Position numbers and translations under genes: made by a program
In this document: positions 8,371-17,324 of the stretch, one piece after another
Numbering within the stretch: position 1 is the stretch's first letter
Layout: each line of letters starts with the position of its first letter
Source: Syntrophales bacterium
Lineage (GTDB): Bacteria > Desulfobacterota > Syntrophia > Syntrophales > UBA5619
Direction: 5' to 3'
NCBI GenBank assembly: GCA_030654195.1
Contig: JAURXV010000156.1
Location: forward strand, 207 to 64,206
Length of the DNA stretch: 64,000 bases
The notes under the pieces: model-generated
Seen by the model: only the letters and a program-made list of their open reading frames with translations
What the model was told of the DNA's origin: nothing
The model's database searches: none

Positions 8371-8832
8371 ATGAAAATCACGGAGATGCTCAAGCGCGAG
8401 TTCGTTCTTGAGCATTTGAAGGCAGCAAACAAGCGGGATGCGCTTGCGGAATTGGCGGGGGTTTTTGCACAGGGACGGATCAACGTTGATTCCGAGGCGA
8501 TGCTCCATGTCCTCCTGGAGAGGGAAAGGTTGGGGAGCACCGGCATCGGTGACGGGATCGCCATTCCCCACGGCAAACTCCCCGGACTCGAAGAGATGGT
8601 GGTCTCTTTCGGCAGGAGTCGGGAAGGGATCGCCTTCGAAGCGATGGACGGAAAGCCCGTACATCTCTTTTTTTTGCTGATGGCGCCCGAGAATTCGGCG
8701 GGCCAGCATCTCAAGGCGCTGGCGAAGATCTCCCGAATGCTGAAGGATGCGAACTTCCGAAAGAATCTTCTGGAAGCGAAGATGCATGAGGATCTCTTCC
8801 GGATTATCGCCGAAAAAGACGACGAAACGTGA
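8371..8832 (+). CDS. ptsN: PTS IIA-like nitrogen regulatory protein PtsN (EIIA-Ntr)
   Basis: EIIA(Fru/Ntr)-type sequence with active-site context GDGIAIPHGK. In the rpoN operon. Confidence 0.9.
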   Translation: MKITEMLKREFVLEHLKAANKRDALAELAGVFAQGRINVDSEAMLHVLLERERLGSTGIGDGIAIPHGKLPGLEEMVVSFGRSREGIAFEAMDGKPVHLFFLLMAPENSAGQHLKALAKISRMLKDANFRKNLLEAKMHEDLFRIIAEKDDET

Positions 8833-8851
8833 CCTGAATCAAGGGGCTCCT

Positions 8852-9724
8852 ATGAGGCCCGTAACGGTAAAAGAAATCCTGACATATGGGGAGAGACTTG
8901 GGATTACGGAAATGGTGGAACCTCCCGGCGCCCGTGGATCCGTCCGTCATCTGCTCCGGTATGCCGGGGGGGAATCCGGTCATGGCATGACGCCCTTCCC
9001 GCACTCCATGGTGATCATTCCGCGGACCGCGGCGGATGGGGCTTATGAAAACGGATGGAACAGATCTGTTCCCCCATCGCTCTTGCGGAATATCACCTGT
9101 TTGGCCCTGTCTGCGCAAAGGATAACCGTTTTTCTTCGGCAATTTTCGGAACGGACGGAGACGCCCATCTTTTCGTCGTGCTACGACGATTCATTGCTCC
9201 ACAGCCGTCTGACCGGCCTGCTCCGGGAGAGGGGTGAGCGGCAGGTCATGGTCCATGGCGTGCTCGTCCGGGTTTGGGGTCTCGGCGTTCTGCTCCTGGG
9301 TGAAAGCGGGATCGGAAAAACCGCCTGCGGTCTTGCCCTCATGGGCAAAGGCAATCGCTGGGTGGCGGATGATGCCGTCGTGCTGGAGGGAAGGGGAGAC
9401 GCCGTTTATGGGCGGGGCCATCAGAGAACCGCGGGGCGGATTGCCGTGCGGGGTCGGGGGGTTCTCCGTGCGGCAGATCTGCTCGGAATGGGGCGCCTCC
9501 TTCAGGAAACCCGTGTGGACGTGCTCGTCCGGCTTGTCCGTCGGTCTGAAAGAAATGCAGTACAAAAAGGAGAGTCATTTCAAGAGATTGTTGGAGTCTC
9601 TCTCCGCTGCAGAGATCTTGCGGCGGACGTTGATCCCCGGCGGGTGGCCGAACGGGTGACGGGTTATATTCACCCTCTTTCGGTCAAATCATCGGAAAAC
9701 ATAGTGCTGAGGACTGAGTGCTAA
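8852..9724 (+). CDS. hprK: HPr(Ser) kinase/phosphorylase
   Basis: P-loop GESGIGKT and an HprK C-terminal domain. ATG at 8852 follows AAGGGG. The ORF's 3' end runs into the heptamer repeat. Confidence 0.82.
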   Translation: MRPVTVKEILTYGERLGITEMVEPPGARGSVRHLLRYAGGESGHGMTPFPHSMVIIPRTAADGAYENGWNRSVPPSLLRNITCLALSAQRITVFLRQFSERTETPIFSSCYDDSLLHSRLTGLLRERGERQVMVHGVLVRVWGLGVLLLGESGIGKTACGLALMGKGNRWVADDAVVLEGRGDAVYGRGHQRTAGRIAVRGRGVLRAADLLGMGRLLQETRVDVLVRLVRRSERNAVQKGESFQEIVGVSLRCRDLAADVDPRRVAERVTGYIHPLSVKSSENIVLRTEC

Positions 9725-9810
9725 GTGCTGAGTAAAACATAGTGCTGAGTGTAAAAAAAAGTGCCAAGTACCGAGTGCCGAGTGCTAAGTGCTAAGTCCT
9801 CAGTACTATG
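9700..9810. repeat. Tandem heptamer array (TGCTGAG/TGCTAAG/TGCCGAG...) enclosed by a 16-bp inverted repeat
   Basis: About 12 heptamer units read directly, split by AAAACAT and an A8 run. Outer arms are CATAGTGCTGAGGACT and AGTCCTCAGTACTATG. Confidence 0.85.
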
Positions 9811-9835
9811 TACATCCGGACAAAGGGGGATCCGA

Positions 9836-10699
9836 ATGAAGCAACTTCGCGTGGTGATCATCACGGGACTTTCCGGTTCCGGCAAGAGTACCGCCCTGCG
9901 GGCGCTGGAGGACATCGGCTTTTTCTGCGTCGACAACCTGCCTGTGGTTCTGCTCTCGAAGTTTCTGCAGATCCAGTCCAATCCGGCCAAGGAGATCTCG
10001 CAGGTTGCCATGGTCATGGATCTCCGGGAGCAGGCATTCCTGGAAAAGTACCCGCGGATCTTCGTCCGCCTCAAGGAAAAAGGCTTTCGGATTGAGATCC
10101 TTTTTTTCGATGCCGCCGACGAGGCGATCCTGCGCCGTTTCAGCGAGACGAGGCGCACCCACCCTCTCGTCCCACTCGGTTCAATTATGGACGGCATCCG
10201 ACTGGAAAGGGAAAAACTCGCCCCGTTGAGACAGATGGCCGACAGGGTCATCGATACCACCTCCTGCAACGTCCATCAGCTCAAGGATGTCGTTCAGCGG
10301 CATTTCCGATCTTCTTCGACAAGGAGTCTCGTGATCCATGTGACCTCCTTCGGCTATCGCTATGGGCTGCCGGCGGACGCCGACATGGTCCTGGACGTCC
10401 GCTTCCTGCCCAATCCCCATTTCGTGGAGGAATTGCGCAGTTGCGACGGCCATGATTCCCGTGTGCGCGATTATGTTCTGGAATCGGAAGGCGGTCGAAC
10501 CTTTGTCACGAAACTGTTCGATCTGATGGCGTTTCTGATCCCTCTCTACGAAAAGGAGGGCAAGTCCCGTTTCAACATCGCCCTCGGCTGCACCGGCGGC
10601 CATCACCGCTCCGTCGTGATGGCAAACCTGCTGGGCGCCTACTTTGCGGAAAAGGGCTATCCGGTGCATATTGCCCACCGTGATATCGCCAAGTCTTAG
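9836..10699 (+). CDS. rapZ: RNase adapter protein RapZ (YhbJ family P-loop protein)
   Basis: N-terminal [19 protein letters not shown]-loop and C-terminal [10 protein letters not shown] motif. In the rpoN operon. Confidence 0.93.
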   Translation: MKQLRVVIITGLSGSGKSTALRALEDIGFFCVDNLPVVLLSKFLQIQSNPAKEISQVAMVMDLREQAFLEKYPRIFVRLKEKGFRIEILFFDAADEAILRRFSETRRTHPLVPLGSIMDGIRLEREKLAPLRQMADRVIDTTSCNVHQLKDVVQRHFRSSSTRSLVIHVTSFGYRYGLPADADMVLDVRFLPNPHFVEELRSCDGHDSRVRDYVLESEGGRTFVTKLFDLMAFLIPLYEKEGKSRFNIALGCTGGHHRSVVMANLLGAYFAEKGYPVHIAHRDIAKS

Positions 10700-12021
10700 T
10701 AACCTGCCTCTAACTTCTTCGTCACGTTGTCGGCGATCCAATGCGGATCCCACCATTCGCGCGGGTCGACGAACCGGCCGTGGATCGCCACGCCGAAGTG
10801 AAGGTGATCCCCGCCGGCAAGACCGGTCTCGCCGGAGAGACCGATGACCTCTCCGCGCTTGACGGTCTGGTCCGGTTTGACCTGGATGCCGCTCATGTGG
10901 GCGTAGAGGGTCGAGAGTCCCAGACCGTGGTCGATGATGACGGCGTTGCCGTAGATACCGAGCAGACCGGTAAAACGGACAATCCCGCTGTTCGCGGCTT
11001 CGATCGGGGCATGAACGAGGGATGCGAGATCGACGCCGATATGGAGACTTTCACCCACCGGTTTTCCGCTGTAAAAATAGGTCCGGCGGTCACCGAAAAG
11101 AGCCATCGGGGCGGCGTTCTTCATCCGGAGAAAGGTATCCTGCCAGAGTTGCCGGGGTTCCGATTTCAGGCAGGCGGACTGGATTGTTTTGAGATTGTCG
11201 GCGCGCAGCAGGGTGTTTACGTAGACGAAGGTTTCGATGGGCGTTTTTCCGCGCAGCTCCGGGATGGCCGCTTGGAATTCTGGCATCTTTTGCCCGAGAA
11301 AACCGTCCGAAAGGACCATCGTGTCGCTGCGGAACTTCCGCTTCTTGATCAGGTTCGGGATGCCGTTCATTGTTTCGTTTCCGGCATGATCCTGGGCCAT
11401 GATGCGGATCTGCGGGACGCCCGGCGATGCATCCAGCGGCAGGGCAAAGTAGGCCGCGTAACCGGGTTTCCCGGCCAGCGTGACCGGGTAGCCGGGATAG
11501 AATTGATCACCGACCAGGACGCCCGTCCGGGGAACCGCTTCCGACAGGCGATAGGCAACGACGCAGGTTCCTCCAGGATTGATGTGGTTCTGCGTATTGA
11601 GCTGGAAGATCTGCGGCGGGAGGAAATCGATCTGAACGGGCCGGACCACCGTGGTCCGGTTGTTCCAGAGGCTGTGATCGACGGCGGTGAGGGTCAGCGT
11701 AGCCGGCCCGTCATGGAGGTTCAGCGCGGGGGCGTCCACGGCAACCGAGACCGCCTTGCGCCGGACGCCCGCTTCCGGGTAGTCGATGGAGGAAAGGACG
11801 CGGGGCCGACCGTCCTGGGTGATGACGATCTCCGTGTGCCGGAGACCCCGGTCCGAATCTGCGAAAGTGACGTTCAGGGCCTTCTGCCGGCCGATGACGG
11901 CAGCATCCGCGTCGATCTCAACGACGGGATTGCCGCGTTCCCCGACGGTAAGGAAAAACCACCAGCCTCCGCCCGCGAGCAGGACGAGACACCCGACGAT
12001 ATACCAGAATTTCCTTTTCAT
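10696..12021 (-). CDS. M23/LytM family peptidoglycan metalloendopeptidase
   Basis: N-terminal signal anchor ([20 protein letters not shown]). C-terminal M23 motifs HIGVDLA and [12 protein letters not shown]. Confidence 0.85.
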   Translation of the reverse strand: MKRKFWYIVGCLVLLAGGGWWFFLTVGERGNPVVEIDADAAVIGRQKALNVTFADSDRGLRHTEIVITQDGRPRVLSSIDYPEAGVRRKAVSVAVDAPALNLHDGPATLTLTAVDHSLWNNRTTVVRPVQIDFLPPQIFQLNTQNHINPGGTCVVAYRLSEAVPRTGVLVGDQFYPGYPVTLAGKPGYAAYFALPLDASPGVPQIRIMAQDHAGNETMNGIPNLIKKRKFRSDTMVLSDGFLGQKMPEFQAAIPELRGKTPIETFVYVNTLLRADNLKTIQSACLKSEPRQLWQDTFLRMKNAAPMALFGDRRTYFYSGKPVGESLHIGVDLASLVHAPIEAANSGIVRFTGLLGIYGNAVIIDHGLGLSTLYAHMSGIQVKPDQTVKRGEVIGLSGETGLAGGDHLHFGVAIHGRFVDPREWWDPHWIADNVTKKLEAGY

Positions 12022-12115
12022 AGACTCTTGGCCTCCTGGATGAACAGAGGTGCGGTATAGCCACTTTGCGAGCGCATTGCAAGGTCAAAAACCATTTCCG
12101 GACGGGAACCATAAC

Positions 12116-12236
12116 GGCTACGCAAAAAGTCCGGATGCTGCGTTGCGCTTAATCCCTCGTCATTGCGGCGTACACCAAAGTACGCCTCATTCCTCGGGAT
12201 TCGCGCGCCTTGCCTGCGGCCTTTTTACGAAACCGT
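12116..12236. repeat. Long-hairpin interspersed element of about 120 nt, copy 1 (same family as 57422-57542)
   Basis: Aligns base-by-base, by eye at roughly two-thirds identity, with 57422-57542. Terminal arms are inverted (CGCAAAAAGTCCGGATGC.../...GCCTGCGGCCTTTTTACG). Central hairpin GGCGTAC-ACCAAA-GTACGCC. Confidence 0.75.
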
Positions 12237-12345
12237 CCCATTTTCACGACTTTTAAGACTTTTTACGGAGTCGTCACCCATGAATTGCTTGATATCGCCG
12301 GGCATCCTTGCTATAAGTTAACATTATTGTGAGGGGACCCCTGAT

Positions 12346-13560
12346 ATGATGAAGGATAGAAGAATCGTTCTGGGCGTGACCGGCGGTATCGCCGCCTACA
12401 AGGCCGCCGAACTGGTCCGGGAGCTGGTCCGGCGCGGGGCGAAGGTAAGGGTGGTCATGACCGACCATGCCTGCAAGTTCGTCGCGCCGCTCACCTTCGA
12501 GACCCTGTCGGGAAATCCGGTCGCCACGGACCTGTTTTGGGTACCGGGGGACTTCGAAATCGGCCACATCGCACTCGCCGAATTCGCCGAACTCGTCGTC
12601 ATCGCGCCCGCAACGGCGAACATCATCGGCAAGATGGCCGCCGGTCTGGCCGATGACCTCCTGACCACGGTTCTGCTGGCCACGGATGCCCCGGTTCTGA
12701 TCTGCCCGGCGATGAACGCAAAAATGTATGCGAATTCCGTTGTGAAAGAGAATCTTGCCCGCCTGGTCTTGCGGGGCCATATGATCCTGGAGCCGGGGTA
12801 CGGCGAACTGGCCTGCCGCGTTGAAGGACAGGGGCGGCTCGCCGAGCCGTCGGAGATCGTGGAGGAGATCGAGTCGATTCTGACTCCGAAGAACCTTCAG
12901 GGAGAACACATTCTCGTGACGGCCGGTCCGACGCAGGAACCCTTTGATCCGGTTCGGTTCATCAGCAACTACTCCTCCGGAAAGATGGGGTATGCGCTGG
13001 CCGTGATGGCGAAGCGGCGGGGCGCGGCTGTGACGCTGGTCAGCGGTCCCACCGCGCTTCCCGCACCGCGGGGCGTCGCCTTCGTCCCGGTCCGGACGGC
13101 CGTCGAGATGCGTGATGCCGTAGCGGCCCACCTGGAGGCGGCCACGGTGGTGGTCAAGGCCGCCGCGGTGGCCGATTACCGGCCGGCCGTCTGCGAACCG
13201 GCGAAGATCAAGAAGAAGGAAGGGTCCCTGACCGTTCACCTGGAACGGAATCCCGACATCATCTCCGAGGTCGCGAGCCGGAAGGGCGACCGGATCGTGG
13301 TAGGATTCTCGATGGAATCGGATCATCTGCTCGAACACGCCCGGAAAAAACTCATTGAAAAGGGGATGGATTTCATCGTGGCCAACGACGTGACCGAACC
13401 CGGGGCCGGCTTCCGGGGAGATACGAATGTGATCTCGATCCTGGACCGGGAGGGAGGGATCGAGGTGTTTCCATTGATGGACAAAATGGATGTGGCCGGC
13501 GTCATCCTTGACCGCGTAAGGAAAATGAGGGAAGGCGGAAGGATCCGGGATGGGCGCTGA
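12346..13560 (+). CDS. coaBC: Bifunctional phosphopantothenoylcysteine decarboxylase / phosphopantothenate-cysteine ligase
   Basis: Flavoprotein N-domain GVTGGIAAYKA and CoaB domain TAGPTQEPFDPVRFISNYSSGKMG. Confidence 0.95.
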   Translation: MMKDRRIVLGVTGGIAAYKAAELVRELVRRGAKVRVVMTDHACKFVAPLTFETLSGNPVATDLFWVPGDFEIGHIALAEFAELVVIAPATANIIGKMAAGLADDLLTTVLLATDAPVLICPAMNAKMYANSVVKENLARLVLRGHMILEPGYGELACRVEGQGRLAEPSEIVEEIESILTPKNLQGEHILVTAGPTQEPFDPVRFISNYSSGKMGYALAVMAKRRGAAVTLVSGPTALPAPRGVAFVPVRTAVEMRDAVAAHLEAATVVVKAAAVADYRPAVCEPAKIKKKEGSLTVHLERNPDIISEVASRKGDRIVVGFSMESDHLLEHARKKLIEKGMDFIVANDVTEPGAGFRGDTNVISILDREGGIEVFPLMDKMDVAGVILDRVRKMREGGRIRDGR

Positions 13561-14284
13561 GGACGAACCACGGGAGGAGCTCCTCGGCCTGGTCCGTTCC
13601 CTGACCGAGAGGGTGCGTCTGGACGGGGAGTTGCGAAAACCCCTCTGCTATCTGTCCCGGGGAAAAGGCGGCGTCGAGATGCCCGCCGCCGGTGCGCAGG
13701 AGCCGGCCGTGGAACGTTCCGGGGTGGAAGTTTCCGCTCTGGATCCGGTTCTTGAAGAGCTTGGCGACTGCCGGCGCTGTCCGCTCGGAGCTCTCCGTCA
13801 CCGGCTTGTCTTCGGCGAGGGGAATCCCGGTGCGGAGTTGGTCTTTGTCGGCGAGGCGCCGGGGGCGGACGAAGATGCGCAGGGAAGACCGTTCGTGGGT
13901 CGCGCGGGGCAATTGCTCACGAAGATCATTGCCGCGATGGGGCTGAAGCGGGAGGATGTCTATATCTGCAACATCCTGAAGTGCCGTCCTCCCGGGAACC
14001 GGAATCCGCTGCCGGATGAGATTGCAGCCTGCGAACCCTTTCTGATCCGGCAGATCAAAGCGATCCGCCCGCGGGTCATCTGCGCCCTCGGGAGCTTTGC
14101 GGCGCATACCCTGCTCAAATCGGAGGCGCCCATCTCCGTGCTGCGCGGCCGGTTCGATCGCTACCAGGGGATACCCCTGATGCCGACCTACCACCCGGCC
14201 TATCTGCTTCGGAACCAGGGGGCGAAGAAGCAGGTGTGGGAGGATGTCCAGGCGATCATGAAGCTCCTTCGGGAGGGGACGTGA
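13550..14284 (+). CDS. Uracil-DNA glycosylase, family 4
   Basis: [35 protein letters not shown] and HPAYLLRN motifs, plus N-terminal cysteines C..C. Confidence 0.9.
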   Translation: MGAEDEPREELLGLVRSLTERVRLDGELRKPLCYLSRGKGGVEMPAAGAQEPAVERSGVEVSALDPVLEELGDCRRCPLGALRHRLVFGEGNPGAELVFVGEAPGADEDAQGRPFVGRAGQLLTKIIAAMGLKREDVYICNILKCRPPGNRNPLPDEIAACEPFLIRQIKAIRPRVICALGSFAAHTLLKSEAPISVLRGRFDRYQGIPLMPTYHPAYLLRNQGAKKQVWEDVQAIMKLLREGT

Positions 14285-14314
14285 CATGGATGAATGGAAG
14301 GAAGGTCCTGTGAA

Positions 14315-15640
14315 ATGAAGAGACCCATGCTGCAAAACATGATCCGCGCGGTTGCGGTGACGGCCGCCCTGCTCATCGGCATGATGCTGCCCGGACAGAA
14401 TCTGCGGGCGGCAGACAAGGCGCCCGTCTTCGACGTGATCACAATCAGCGCCGCCATCACTCCGCCCATTGCCGAGTACGTCGTCCAGAGCATCGGCGAG
14501 GCCGCGAAGAGCGGTGCGGAGGGGTTGATCATCCGTCTCGATACGCCGGGCGGCCTCGATCTGGCCATGCGGGATATTGCCAAGGGAATCCTGAACGCAC
14601 CTGTACCCATTATCGTTTACGTCGCACCCTCCGGGGCGAGGGCGGCCTCGGCCGGGGTCATCATCACGGTGGCCGCGCATATCGCGGTGATGGCGCCCGG
14701 GACGAACATCGGCGCAGCCCATCCCGTCGCCCTTGGGATCGGCGGCGGCATGGACAAGACGATGAGCAAAAAGGTGGAAAATGACGCCGTTGCCTATGTC
14801 CGGGGGATTGCCAACAAGAGGGCCCGGAATGAAGAGTGGGTCGAGAAGGCGGTCCGGAAGAGTGAATCGATCACCGCCGAGGAGGCTCTCCGGCTGAAGG
14901 TGATCGACTTCATCGCGGCGGACCTGAACCGCCTCATCGAGCAGGCGGACGGTCGGGAAGTTGTTCTGCCCAAGGGAAAGAAGGTCCTGAAGACGAAAGG
15001 CGCCGTCCTCAATGAAAAAGTGATGGGCGTCCGGCAGAAGGTCCTCTCCGCGCTCAGCGATCCGAACATCGCCTACATTCTGCTTCTGATCGGTCTCGCC
15101 GGCATCTACTTCGAATTTTCCACCCCGGGCGTCATTCTCCCCGGCGTGATCGGGGGGATCGCCCTGATCATGGCCTTCTTCGCGATGCAGACGCTGCCTG
15201 TGAACTACGCCGGGGTTGCCCTGATCCTCTTCAGCATCATTCTGTTCATCGCGGAGATCAAAGTGATCAGCCACGGGATCCTCACCATCGGGGGGATCGT
15301 CTCGCTTGCCATCGGGTCACTGATGCTCTTCCAGGCCCCCGATCCGTCGCTGCGGGTCTCCTGGAGCGTCCTCATTCCGGCGGTGTCGATCGCGTCGCTC
15401 TTCTTCATCGCCGTGATTGCGATCGCCGTCAAGGCGCAGCTCCGGCCGCGGCAGGGAGGCCAAGAGGGGATGCGGGGCGAAGAAGGCCTGGCCATAACCG
15501 ATATCCACGAGGAGGGAAAGGTCCTGATTCACGGAGAGCACTGGAACGCAATCAGTGACGTTCCCATAACCAGAGGGTCCAAAATACGGGTGATCCATGT
15601 GGAAAATCTGAAAGTCAAGGTAGAACCCATCGAACAATAA
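14315..15640 (+). CDS. NfeD-family membrane-bound ClpP-class serine protease
   Basis: Signal sequence, ClpP-like domain (PGGLDLAMRDI..., SGARAASAG), 4-5 TM helices and a C-terminal NfeD OB-fold (KVLIHGEHWNAIS). Immediately upstream of an SPFH gene. Confidence 0.85.
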   Translation: MKRPMLQNMIRAVAVTAALLIGMMLPGQNLRAADKAPVFDVITISAAITPPIAEYVVQSIGEAAKSGAEGLIIRLDTPGGLDLAMRDIAKGILNAPVPIIVYVAPSGARAASAGVIITVAAHIAVMAPGTNIGAAHPVALGIGGGMDKTMSKKVENDAVAYVRGIANKRARNEEWVEKAVRKSESITAEEALRLKVIDFIAADLNRLIEQADGREVVLPKGKKVLKTKGAVLNEKVMGVRQKVLSALSDPNIAYILLLIGLAGIYFEFSTPGVILPGVIGGIALIMAFFAMQTLPVNYAGVALILFSIILFIAEIKVISHGILTIGGIVSLAIGSLMLFQAPDPSLRVSWSVLIPAVSIASLFFIAVIAIAVKAQLRPRQGGQEGMRGEEGLAITDIHEEGKVLIHGEHWNAISDVPITRGSKIRVIHVENLKVKVEPIEQ

Positions 15641-15667
15641 CCCATCGTAAAATAAAGGAGGCAGGTC

Positions 15668-16426
15668 ATGTCAGGTATGTACCCAGTCATCGTCTTGGTA
15701 GTTCTGGTCATAATGTTTCTTTCCTCGGCCATTCGGATCCTGAACGAGTATGAGCGGGCCGTCATTTTTCGCCTGGGGAGGGTCATCGCCACGAAGGGCC
15801 CCGGGCTCATCATCCTGATCCCCATCGTCGACAAGATGGTCAGGATCGACATGCGGACGATCACGATGGATATTCCCCCGCAGGACGTCATCACCCGGGA
15901 CAACGTTTCGATCAAGGTCAACGCCGTCGTCTATTTCCGGGTCATGAACGCGAACGCCGCCGTGATCGATGTCGAGAATTACCTCTATGCGACGTCGCAG
16001 CTCTCCCAGACGACCCTCCGGAGCGTCTGCGGCCAGATGGAACTGGACGAAATTCTCTCCGAGCGGGAGAAGATCAACCTCCAGCTCCAGGAGATCCTGG
16101 ATCGCAGCACCGAACCCTGGGGGATCAAGGTCTCCCACGTCGAGGTCAAGCAGATCGACCTGCCTGAGGAGATGAAACGGGCCATCGCCAAACAGGCGGA
16201 AGCGGAGAGAGAACGGCGGGCCAAGGTGATCAATGCGGAAGGCGAGTTCCAGGCCGCCCAGAAGTTGATCGAGGCGGCGGCCCTGATGGAAACGCAGCCG
16301 ATGTCGCTGCAACTCCGCTACCTGCAAACCCTGAACCAGATCGCGGCAGAGAACAATTCGACGATAGCCTTCCCGATCCCGCTCGATCTGTTCAAGCCGT
16401 TCCTGAAGCTGGCGGAGAAATTGTAG
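15668..16426 (+). CDS. SPFH/band-7 (stomatin-like) protein
   Basis: N-terminal TM, then [11 protein letters not shown]...[17 protein letters not shown]...[14 protein letters not shown], typical of prokaryotic stomatins. RBS AAGGAGG. Confidence 0.9.
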   Translation: MSGMYPVIVLVVLVIMFLSSAIRILNEYERAVIFRLGRVIATKGPGLIILIPIVDKMVRIDMRTITMDIPPQDVITRDNVSIKVNAVVYFRVMNANAAVIDVENYLYATSQLSQTTLRSVCGQMELDEILSEREKINLQLQEILDRSTEPWGIKVSHVEVKQIDLPEEMKRAIAKQAEAERERRAKVINAEGEFQAAQKLIEAAALMETQPMSLQLRYLQTLNQIAAENNSTIAFPIPLDLFKPFLKLAEKL

Positions 16427-16434
16427 CGATCCGA

Positions 16435-16459
16435 ACGGGGAGGGCCGCGCCCTCCCCGT
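16435..16459 (+). terminator. Candidate intrinsic terminator after the SPFH gene
   Basis: ACGGGGAGGGC-CGC-GCCCTCCCCGT hairpin 9 nt after the stop. Only a weak T tract (ACTTTTCTG) follows. Confidence 0.4.
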
Positions 16460-16535
16460 ATCGCCACTTTTCTGCTTCCCGTGCTGCTGATCCTGGCAGG
16501 GATTAATATCCTCATGAAATACTTCAAGAATAATA

Positions 16536-17282
16536 ATGATCCCGATCATGAATGATCATCCGATCCGTTCGCCCAGATCCGGCGGGGGAACCCCGTGCGA
16601 GCGTCTGCTGGTCCTCTGCGATTTCGACGGGACGGTCTGCCGCGTGGATATGGGCAACGCATTCCTGGAGCGTTTCGCGGAAGGGTGGGAGGAGATCGAT
16701 CGCTCCTACTCTGCGGGGGAGGTCGGCTCCCGGGCCGCCTACAGCCGGATCGCGCCGCTGTTTCGGGCGAACCGGTCGCAGGTGCTGGACTTTGTGCTCC
16801 GCCGCGAACGGCTCGATCCCTTCTTCCCGGAATTTTTAAGCTTCTGCCGGGGGCGGAAGATCGATCTCAAGATCGTCTCCGACGGCCTCGACGTTTACAT
16901 CGAGGCGATCCTCCGGAAATACGGTCTCGATGTCGAATTCTACTCGAACCGTCTCCTCTTTCAGGAGGATGACCGGATCGACTTCGCCTTTCCTTTGGCG
17001 AGCGAAGAGTGCGGGCGGTGCGGGACCTGCAAACGCTCCCTTCTCGACCGTTTCCGGTCCGATTATGACCGGATCATCTACGTAGGCGACGGTTATTCCG
17101 ATATCTGCCCCGCCCGCGCCGCCGATCAGGTCTTCGCGAAGCCAATCCTCCACGAAAAATGCATGAAGAACGGGACGCCCTCTCTTCCATACGATGATTT
17201 CGGCGATATCCGCCGCTGCCTCGAAAAAAACATCGTCATCAACCACTTCGGTGATGAAGCCACGAAGGTGTTCGATGTGTAG
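16536..17282 (+). CDS. HAD-IB family phosphatase (MtnX / phosphoserine-phosphatase-like)
   Basis: Motif I LVLCDFDGTV, motif III-IV YVGDGYSDICPA, and a C..C..C cluster in the cap region. Confidence 0.7.
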   Translation: MIPIMNDHPIRSPRSGGGTPCERLLVLCDFDGTVCRVDMGNAFLERFAEGWEEIDRSYSAGEVGSRAAYSRIAPLFRANRSQVLDFVLRRERLDPFFPEFLSFCRGRKIDLKIVSDGLDVYIEAILRKYGLDVEFYSNRLLFQEDDRIDFAFPLASEECGRCGTCKRSLLDRFRSDYDRIIYVGDGYSDICPARAADQVFAKPILHEKCMKNGTPSLPYDDFGDIRRCLEKNIVINHFGDEATKVFDV

Positions 17283-17324
17283 GGAACGCATTTGTTTCTT
17301 CCTGGAAACGATCTTTATCCTTTT

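Noticed and set aside
9700-9810. Possible CRISPR array, considered also for the repeats at 42380 and 45115
   Set aside because: The units are only 7 nt, are contiguous without spacers, and there are no cas genes. These are microsatellite-like heptamers and hairpins.
12050-12256. 68-aa ORF (..RLACGLFTKPSHFHDF)
   Set aside because: It is a translation of the family-4 hairpin repeat. The homologous locus at 57.4 kb is not open in the same frame.
13502-15274. 590-aa minus-strand ORF, together with similar long antisense ORFs at 45157-46668, 48482-49891, 51693-52991, 59648-60973, 10741-12060 and 12274-13338
   Set aside because: All are antisense to well-supported genes (UDG/NfeD, gspE, glyS, pyrC, secD, M23, coaBC) and have low-complexity, motif-less translations.
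14315-16426. The NfeD protease-SPFH/stomatin pair as a candidate novel system
   Set aside because: This is a well-known, widespread two-gene operon. Nothing in the sequence (domain order, spacing) departs from the usual arrangement.
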